This document shows positions 1 to 5,569 of a stretch of DNA of 64,000 nucleotides, one piece after another (within the stretch, counting starts at the first letter, position 1; each line of letters starts with the position of its first letter). A model generated the notes under the pieces. The model was not told the origin of the DNA. It did not search any database and saw only the letters and a program-made list of their open reading frames with translations. A program made the position numbers and the translations under genes. Origin of the DNA: a virus; the IMG/VR virus record IMGVR_UViG_3300044645_002216, positions 3,307 to 67,306 of that record. One strand, 5' to 3'.

Positions 1-328
1 GTGATATTTTATCTCTTACATCTTCTCTTATGTTCTTATTACTCTCTCCACCTGTTGTAGCATTATAACCACGATTATAGGAATTAAAGTGTTCTATCCA
101 GTAGATTTCTCTTTCACTGAGTTTATCTTCTGTTGTCTCTTCTAGAACCTTAACGTTAAAGTTATCCAATCCATATTTGTTCATTGCTCTATACAATGGA
201 CGTTCAGAAAAGGTCTTACTTTCCTGAATATGTGCTAACCAACGCTTATTCAAAGGCATCACAGTCTGTCCAACGTACTTATTACCATTGACCTTATTTT
301 CGATTAAGTAGATTGTACCTTGACGCAT
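1..328 (-). CDS. GIY-YIG (Seg-like) homing endonuclease, 3' end runs off the window; not in the ORF track
   Basis: Hand translation of the reverse strand from ATG at 328: MRQGTIYLIENKVNGNKYVGQTVMPLNKRWLAHIQE...LYRAMNKYGLDNF...EREIYWIEHFNSYNRGYNATTGG. It has TIY-x10-YVG, the R-x-x-x-H motif, the catalytic Glu and the GYN motif. Late-promoter-like CATAAATA on the - strand at 368-361. Confidence 0.9.
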   Translation of the reverse strand, partial: MRQGTIYLIENKVNGNKYVGQTVMPLNKRWLAHIQESKTFSERPLYRAMNKYGLDNFNVKVLEETTEDKLSEREIYWIEHFNSYNRGYNATTGGESNKNIREDVRDKIS

Positions 329-391
329 TTTGATTGATAAGTTGCTAGACAATTTGATGGTATTTATGATAACTTACTCTCTTTTCTTAAG

Positions 392-421
392 TTGTTCACA
401 ATTTCCACAACCTGTGGAAAA
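392..421. promoter_or_regulatory. Cluster of three DnaA-box-like 9-mers
   Basis: TTGTTCACA (392-400), ATTTCCACA (401-409) and TTTTCCACA on the - strand (413-421), compared with consensus TTWTNCACA; followed by an AT-rich tract at 421-480. Confidence 0.5.
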
Positions 422-504
422 CCTTTATAAAAATAGCTGTGTGTGAAGTATTATAAGTAATAGGTTTATCTTTATATCTCTTAGAGTCGTTATCTTTGCT
501 TGCG

Positions 505-533
505 AGCTTAGACGAACTCGCCCGAAATGTCAA
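505..533 (-). promoter_or_regulatory. Leftward sigma70-type promoter
   Basis: - strand TTGACA (533-528), 17 nt, TAAGCT (510-505). Confidence 0.5.
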
Positions 534-676
534 GACCCCCCATAAGACTTTACCGGACACATAAGTTCTCACACGTCAACCCCCACTTTCCCGGAATATC
601 ATAAAATCCCCACACAACTCCCAGAATACTCTGAGACCCCTCTAAAATCGCCCACAAGGACACTAAATACCAACAC

Positions 677-705
677 TTGACAGATACTCCCAGATCCCTT
701 ATAAT
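677..705 (+). promoter_or_regulatory. Consensus sigma70 (early) promoter
   Basis: TTGACA (677-682), 17 nt, TATAAT (700-705): perfect consensus. Confidence 0.85.
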
Positions 706-737
706 TGCCTCATACAACACATTCAAGGAGAACACTT

Positions 738-911
738 ATGTCAGTTGCCTACAGTCAAGCACAGAAGCAGCGTTATCGTATTACCCTTGACATCTCAGCA
801 TATCCTGATTTCGACCCGCACAACATCAACTGGAATAAGTTATTTGAACTCGAAGGATCTGAGAACTGTGAGGCTTATGTGGAAGACCTAAGTCGTCCTG
901 ATAAGTGGTGA
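738..911 (+). CDS. Small hypothetical early protein (57 aa, MSVAYSQAQK...)
   Basis: ATG at 738 with AAGGAG at 725-730, downstream of the consensus promoter; the ORF-track TTG start at 705 overlaps the -10 box. Confidence 0.75.
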   Translation: MSVAYSQAQKQRYRITLDISAYPDFDPHNINWNKLFELEGSENCEAYVEDLSRPDKW

Positions 912-938
912 CATAAGAGCATACAATAAGACTCCTTA

Positions 939-964
939 AGAGACTCCTCTATGGGGTCTTTTTT
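939..964 (+). terminator. Rho-independent terminator
   Basis: AGACTCC-tctat-GGGGTCT stem (one G.U) followed by a T-run. Confidence 0.65.
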
Positions 965-970
965 AATGAC

Positions 971-999
971 TTGACATACCTTACTGTATCGTGTACAAT
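971..999 (+). promoter_or_regulatory. sigma70 promoter
   Basis: TTGACA (971-976), 17 nt, TACAAT (994-999). Confidence 0.75.
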
Positions 1000-1082
1000 G
1001 TCCTTGTGGAGGATGAAAAGCAATAAGGTAGCTTAACATAGAGCCACCGTTAGGTAATCACGAACGTAGTGAGTGATTGAAT

Positions 1083-1110
1083 TGGGCCCCTGAAAGTGTA
1101 CCAGTAGTAT
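1083..1110 (+). repeat. Direct repeat copy 1 (TGGGCCCCTGAAAGTGTACCAGTAGTAT)
   Basis: Identical 28-mer at 1083, 1446 and 1749. Confidence 0.95.
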
Positions 1111-1131
1111 AAGGACCACTGAAAACCACTC

Positions 1132-1221
1132 ATGATCACAGGCGGCGTAATCTTCCTTCTCTCTTATGCTCTCGGTGCTGGACATGTTCTTCTCATTCAG
1201 CGCCTGAACCGTAAGTACTGA
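1132..1221 (+). CDS. 29-aa hydrophobic micro-protein (MITGGVIFLLSYALGAGHVLLIQRLNRKY); not in the ORF track
   Basis: First ATG after repeat 1; one hydrophobic helix plus a basic tail. Confidence 0.55.
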   Translation: MITGGVIFLLSYALGAGHVLLIQRLNRKY

Positions 1222-1253
1222 GAACTCTTCACCCTCTAAGTATCAGTTAACTC

Positions 1254-1439
1254 ATGATGGTTAGTGTCACTGAGACCCGCCCATTCTTCGTTGAGCAAGC
1301 AAAGTCGGGAAGATGGAATGTATGGGTCTTTCAGAGAGAAACTGAAAGCGGTTACAAGTATTCTGTTAAGCAAACATTGAAGAACCCCGATGATGCTTAC
1401 TCATGGGGACTACAGTATATCAACACTGTCGTAAGGTAA
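1254..1439 (+). CDS. Small hypothetical protein
   Basis: ORF whose stop codon abuts repeat copy 2. Confidence 0.65.
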   Translation: MMVSVTETRPFFVEQAKSGRWNVWVFQRETESGYKYSVKQTLKNPDDAYSWGLQYINTVVR

Positions 1440-1440
1440 G

Positions 1441-1473
1441 TTAACTGGGCCCCTGAAAGTGTACCAGTAGTAT
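1441..1473 (+). repeat. Direct repeat copy 2 (33 bp identical to copy 3)
   Basis: TTAACTGGGCCCCTGAAAGTGTACCAGTAGTAT. Confidence 0.95.
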
Positions 1474-1492
1474 GACCACCACTACCAAACCA

Positions 1493-1741
1493 ATGACTAA
1501 CACTCTCCAAGCAAAAGTACAGGACACCACCTATAACGGTTGGACCAATTATGAGACCTGGAATGTTGCACTCTGGATCAACAATGATGAGGGTCTGTAT
1601 AACATTGCCAATGAGTGCAGTTGCTATCAGGAATTCATTGATAATATCAGTGAGTTTATGACACAAACTCCTGATGGTGTTAAGTTCAATGACCCCGCTG
1701 TAAATGTCATCGAACTGAATAGCGAAGTGTTCGACTTCTGA
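1493..1741 (+). CDS. Conserved small phage protein (YNGWTNYETWNVALW family)
   Basis: Motif recurrent in phage early proteins. The start at 1493 is preferred because the ATG at 1472 overlaps the TAGTAT box of the repeat. Confidence 0.75.
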   Translation: MTNTLQAKVQDTTYNGWTNYETWNVALWINNDEGLYNIANECSCYQEFIDNISEFMTQTPDGVKFNDPAVNVIELNSEVFDF

Positions 1742-1743
1742 TA

Positions 1744-1776
1744 TTAACTGGGCCCCTGAAAGTGTACCAGTAGTAT
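1744..1776 (+). repeat. Direct repeat copy 3
   Basis: TTAACTGGGCCCCTGAAAGTGTACCAGTAGTAT, followed by AAGG as in copy 1. Confidence 0.95.
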
Positions 1777-1809
1777 AAGGGACACACAGTTCTCATCACT
1801 CCAAATCTC

Positions 1810-2010
1810 ATGTTCAAAAACGTCATCAATCAGGTCCGCACTTTTGGTTACACGATGAAGAATCCGATGCCCCGCAAAATCTTCTTCCTGCGGAACTTTG
1901 CTCCCCAACGTTATACTGAGTTCAAAGACCTGATGAATACTCTGAACACACAGTTTCATCAAGGTCTTATCAATGAGGAGCAAATGGATTCGGCACTCCT
2001 TGCCTTCTGA
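1810..2010 (+). CDS. Small hypothetical protein
   Basis: First ORF after repeat 3, with phage-like codon usage. Confidence 0.65.
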   Translation: MFKNVINQVRTFGYTMKNPMPRKIFFLRNFAPQRYTEFKDLMNTLNTQFHQGLINEEQMDSALLAF

Positions 2011-2123
2011 TTGTAGTTCTTCATTCACACATAAGACACACACAGTAAGCATCACACATGGGAATAAGTGCGCCCTATAAAGACACTTACTTCACACACA
2101 GTTACTAACACACAACAACACAA

Positions 2124-2264
2124 ATGTCTAAGCAAGTTCTCATCTCCATGCTCGCACAAGGTAACAACGGAAACGACATTCTTTCGATTCTTGATGTTAT
2201 TGTGTCTGAGCAATCTTCTGAGTCTGATGATAACGGTCCGACTTTGAATACGATTGAGTTCTGA
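2124..2264 (+). CDS. 46-aa hypothetical protein (MSKQVLISMLAQGNNGNDILSILD...); not in the ORF track
   Basis: Hand translation; preceded by an A/C-rich leader like the other early genes. Confidence 0.65.
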   Translation: MSKQVLISMLAQGNNGNDILSILDVIVSEQSSESDDNGPTLNTIEF

Positions 2265-2271
2265 TACCTTA

Positions 2272-2313
2272 GGGGCGCAGGGTTTGACACTCTGTGCCCT
2301 CTTATGTTAGGAT
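2272..2313 (+). promoter_or_regulatory. sigma70 promoter with its -35 box in the loop of an inverted repeat
   Basis: GGGCGCAGGGT-TTGAC-ACTCTGTGCCC stem; TTGACA (2284-2289), 18 nt, TAGGAT (2308-2313) with a TG extension. Confidence 0.6.
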
Positions 2314-2486
2314 GGACAGTATGCGTGAAACGGCAGTGATTGGTGCCGGTTTCTTATGGTGCCGCGGGGGCGTAGCGTGTTTAAGGCGCCCCCCCGTATA
2401 TAAAAAAGCAAACTACCCTAACCTACAGAGGTGACAATTCGACCTCTAAATATCACATTCATAAAATTTTTCCGGAGTACCAAAAA

Positions 2487-2564
2487 GTGGCAAAATGGAT
2501 TCATAAGGGTGGATATTCTCGCCCCGATAAGAGAACGGTAAAGAAGGGTGGTAAGAAGAAGTAG
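2487..2564 (+). CDS. 25-aa basic peptide (MAKWIHKGGYSRPDKRTVKKGGKKK)
   Basis: GTG start with GGAG at 2474-2477. Confidence 0.4.
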   Translation: MAKWIHKGGYSRPDKRTVKKGGKKK

Positions 2565-2694
2565 ACCTTATTGGAATTTCTGGAAGGTAGTCTTTGCAGG
2601 ATGGTTAATAAGGTATCCACGACAATGCTTTACGATATTCGGAGGCACTGTTGGATTTCTGATTGTTCTGATATATAATGCGGTAACAAAATGA
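2548..2694 (+). CDS. 48-aa small membrane protein (…RPYWNFWKVVFAGWLIRYP…GFLIVLIYNAVTK)
   Basis: Hand translation; aromatic N-terminal part and a hydrophobic C-terminal helix; GTG start uncertain. Confidence 0.5.
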   Translation: MVRRSRPYWNFWKVVFAGWLIRYPRQCFTIFGGTVGFLIVLIYNAVTK

Positions 2695-2727
2695 AAAGTT
2701 ACTGAAAAATTTCCGGAAAAAATTTTT

Positions 2728-2922
2728 ATGACTGAAAATGTTTATCACATTTACGCAAAGGGTCAGTGCATCTATCACAGTTTATCAGAGAGTAGATTCT
2801 CTGAGACCTGGGAAATGATTCACCGAATGATTGATCTTCTTGATTTAGATCTTACAAAAGAAGATTTGTGTTATGAAGAACTGTGTGTGAATAAGGAAGT
2901 AGTACTCAACTCTTCTCATTGA
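2728..2922 (+). CDS. Small hypothetical protein
   Basis: ORF track; YHIYAK...IYHSL pattern typical of cyanomyophage small ORFs. Confidence 0.7.
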   Translation: MTENVYHIYAKGQCIYHSLSESRFSETWEMIHRMIDLLDLDLTKEDLCYEELCVNKEVVLNSSH

Positions 2923-2948
2923 CAGAAGCATATATAGACTGATAAAAT
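2919..2948 (+). promoter_or_regulatory. sigma70 promoter for the glycosyltransferase operon
   Basis: TTGACA (2919-2924), 18 nt, TGn-TAAAAT (2943-2948). Confidence 0.65.
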
Positions 2949-2971
2949 TGATCTGAAGGTTATTTTCACTT

Positions 2972-3739
2972 ATGGCAAAAGGATTTACAGTTAAAGCAGC
3001 ATCCCCTAAGGCATCAGAAGCTGATTGGGATTATGATGCTATCAAAGAACGAATGAAGGGAAAGAGTATTGTATTCTGTCTACCTGGACGAGGATGCTCT
3101 TTTATTTTTCTAAAAGCATTTGTACAACTATGTTTTGATCTTGTACAAAATGGAATGAGTATTCAAATTTCTCAAGATTACTCATCTATGGTTAACTTTG
3201 CACGTTGTAAAGTATTAGGTGCAAATGTACTTCGTGGACCAAAGCAAATTCCTTGGGATGGGAAGTTGCAGTATGATTATCAACTTTGGATTGACTCGGA
3301 TATTGTCTTCACCACAGAAAAGTTCTGGCAACTCTGTGATCTTGCTCTGAATGCAGAGGGAGAAGAGAAGGAGATTGTTGCTGGTTGGTATGCCACAGAA
3401 GATGGTCACACAACCTCAGTAGCACACTGGTTGGAAGAAGATGACTTCCGCAAGAACGGTGGTGTGATGAATCATGAGACCGTAGATTCAATCTCTAAGC
3501 GTCGCAAACCTTTCACTGTTGATTACACTGGATTTGGTTGGGTACTCATCAAGAAGGGAGTCTTTGAGAATCTTGAGTATCCTTGGTTCGCTCCTAAGAT
3601 GCAAGTCTTTGAGTCTGGTGCAGTACAAGACATGTGTGGCGAAGATGTCTCATTCTGTCTTGATGCAAAAGAAGAAGGCTTTGATATCTGGTGTGATCCT
3701 CGTATTAGAGTTGGTCACGAAAAAACTCGCGTTATCTGA
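2972..3739 (+). CDS. GT-A fold (family 2-like) glycosyltransferase
   Basis: LWIDSDIVF DxD motif, TGFGWVLIKKGVFE, GEDVSFC and C-terminal VGH motifs. Confidence 0.8.
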   Translation: MAKGFTVKAASPKASEADWDYDAIKERMKGKSIVFCLPGRGCSFIFLKAFVQLCFDLVQNGMSIQISQDYSSMVNFARCKVLGANVLRGPKQIPWDGKLQYDYQLWIDSDIVFTTEKFWQLCDLALNAEGEEKEIVAGWYATEDGHTTSVAHWLEEDDFRKNGGVMNHETVDSISKRRKPFTVDYTGFGWVLIKKGVFENLEYPWFAPKMQVFESGAVQDMCGEDVSFCLDAKEEGFDIWCDPRIRVGHEKTRVI

Positions 3740-3909
3740 TGAAAGAGAAAACCTACGATATCTTATATAATGGTCGTAGACTTTACCAGAACCTCACTCT
3801 AGAGTCTTGTAGTGAGGTTCTACAAGGGATCTCAGAGCGGTTTTGCTCGGGAGATAATATTGATCCTAATTTAATTGAACTGGAGGAAACTCAAAATGGC
3901 ACTGAATAA
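3739..3909 (+). CDS. 56-aa hypothetical protein (MKEKTYDILYNGRRLYQNL...); not in the ORF track
   Basis: TGATG coupling to the upstream stop codon. Confidence 0.65.
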   Translation: MKEKTYDILYNGRRLYQNLTLESCSEVLQGISERFCSGDNIDPNLIELEETQNGTE

Positions 3910-4027
3910 ACTTATTTTTCAACCCGGCGCGCCGAAGAAAACTCGTCAAGGACGTTCACCTCGTACTCTACTAAGTCCAACGTCTCGTAATGGACGTAAG
4001 AAGAAGTATCGGGGACAAGGCAAATAA
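3896..4027 (+). CDS. 43-aa highly basic protein (…PKKTRQGRS…SRNGRKKKYRGQGK); not in the ORF track
   Basis: GGAGG SD upstream; K/R-rich, likely nucleic-acid binding. Confidence 0.75.
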   Translation: MALNKLIFQPGAPKKTRQGRSPRTLLSPTSRNGRKKKYRGQGK

Positions 4028-4032
4028 TTTAA

Positions 4033-4239
4033 ATGATTCAACTAAATCCTCAAATCCCAGTCATTACTCCAAAGGGTAATGGTTGGGCATTTTTTTTAAT
4101 TGACCGTTCACAAGAACATGATTTAGAGTGGGTTGTTTTTCTAGATAGTAGTGGAGAATGTTGGACCTTTAAAAACTCAGATATTAGAATACAAAAAAAC
4201 TATACTTTACATCGTTCAAATCCATCTAGCATTGAATAA
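4033..4239 (+). CDS. Small hypothetical protein
   Basis: ORF track; tightly packed in the operon. Confidence 0.7.
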   Translation: MIQLNPQIPVITPKGNGWAFFLIDRSQEHDLEWVVFLDSSGECWTFKNSDIRIQKNYTLHRSNPSSIE

Positions 4240-4856
4240 TGTATCATTTAGAAACTTCGGATGAATGGGAATCAATTCACATAAAAGATCTTTGGGTTTA
4301 TAATAAACTTATATTATCCAGGTCATTAGGATACTTATGTGGCCCAACTGGAGTGTCTGTACCAATTCCAAATCATTATATCGTCCGTCCAAGCATTAAT
4401 TTCCTTGGTATGGGACGATTTTCTCGTATGGAATGGATATCCGACAAAACTGACCACTTTCACCCATCAGAATTTTGGTGTGAAAGATTTTATGGTGAGC
4501 ATATTAGTGTGGATTTTGAAGATAAGCAATCAAAATTAGTTGTTATTGGGGAAAGGGATTCGAACAATCCTTTGTATAAATGGGAAAAATGGACTAAAAT
4601 TGATAGGAGGGTGGAATTTCCTTCACTCTTAGATGATTTGGTCGGCAATTATGAACATATTAACTGCGAATTTATTGGTGATAAACTAATAGAGGTTCAT
4701 TTTAGACAAAATCCAGATTTTAGATACGGGAATACTGTTGCAATTCCCGTATGGAAAGGAGAAAAAATTGAAAAAATTGAAAATCTGTCATTTGTAAGAG
4801 ATGAAGACTATCTAAGAGAAGGTTTTTATATTGATTTCGGGATAGAAACCCCGTAA
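4239..4856 (+). CDS. Hypothetical protein, possible ATP-grasp-like fold
   Basis: YIVRP-x-IN-x-x-GMG, FWCE-x-F-x-GEH-x-SVD and NCEFIG-x-x-LIEVH-x-R motifs resemble ATP-grasp elements. Confidence 0.55.
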   Translation: MYHLETSDEWESIHIKDLWVYNKLILSRSLGYLCGPTGVSVPIPNHYIVRPSINFLGMGRFSRMEWISDKTDHFHPSEFWCERFYGEHISVDFEDKQSKLVVIGERDSNNPLYKWEKWTKIDRRVEFPSLLDDLVGNYEHINCEFIGDKLIEVHFRQNPDFRYGNTVAIPVWKGEKIEKIENLSFVRDEDYLREGFYIDFGIETP

Positions 4857-4888
4857 AAAGTTCTGATCTAAAAAATCAGGAGAAAAAA

Positions 4889-5143
4889 ATGACCAAAAAA
4901 GTCGATAAAGACGAAAATTTCATGAAAAATGAGTGGGGGACTCAATTTTTGTCAAGTGAGTATGGATGGGATGAAAAAATTAAACAACAAAAGATGCTTA
5001 GGGAGATTTCAAATGATGATTTGACGCCTAAAAAACACGATTTTGTTGTTCAAAATGAAATTCATTCTAAAATTCGTAATGATGATGATTATGACGATTG
5101 GGAATATGGAACAGAACCACTTTATGAGTCAAAACCACTCTAA
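4889..5143 (+). CDS. Acidic hypothetical protein
   Basis: GGAG SD at 4879-4882; ORF track. Confidence 0.7.
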   Translation: MTKKVDKDENFMKNEWGTQFLSSEYGWDEKIKQQKMLREISNDDLTPKKHDFVVQNEIHSKIRNDDDYDDWEYGTEPLYESKPL

Positions 5144-5167
5144 ATAAGATATAATCGAATGTAAAAT

Positions 5168-5569
5168 ATGCCTCTAGAGAGGATAAGTAAAGGATTCAAA
5201 GATATTAGTATGACATTCCAGTCAAATCCTCTCAACAGAGATTTGATTGGAATAAAAAATGAGACTGCGATTTCGAGATCGGTGAAAAATCTTGTTCTTA
5301 CTTCTCAGGGAGAAAAATTTTTTGATTCTAGTTTTGGTACTAAAGTTTCAAAACTCTTATTTGAAAATATTGATGAAATGACCGCATCTATCATAAAAGA
5401 TGAAATATCATTTACATTAACTACATATGAACCTAGGATTGAACTGATTAATATATCAGTAAAACCAAATTATGATGAAAATGAATTTGCTGTTACCATA
5501 CAATATAAAATTATTGGTATTGATGTACTTCCTCAGCAATTATCATTTGCATTACAACCAACAAGATAA
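5168..5569 (+). CDS. gp25: Baseplate wedge subunit gp25
   Basis: GEKFF-x-x-x-FG and YEPRI motifs; position before gp6; CTAAATA late promoter at ~5140. Confidence 0.93.
   Translation: MPLERISKGFKDISMTFQSNPLNRDLIGIKNETAISRSVKNLVLTSQGEKFFDSSFGTKVSKLLFENIDEMTASIIKDEISFTLTTYEPRIELINISVKPNYDENEFAVTIQYKIIGIDVLPQQLSFALQPTR

Noticed and set aside
1083-1776. 28-bp repeats as a CRISPR array
   Set aside because: The intervals are 275-335 nt and contain ORFs; only three copies; no cas genes in the window.
1440-1776. Repeats as integron attC sites
   Set aside because: No proper RYYYAAC...GTTRRRY pair or long imperfect palindrome, and no integrase in the window.
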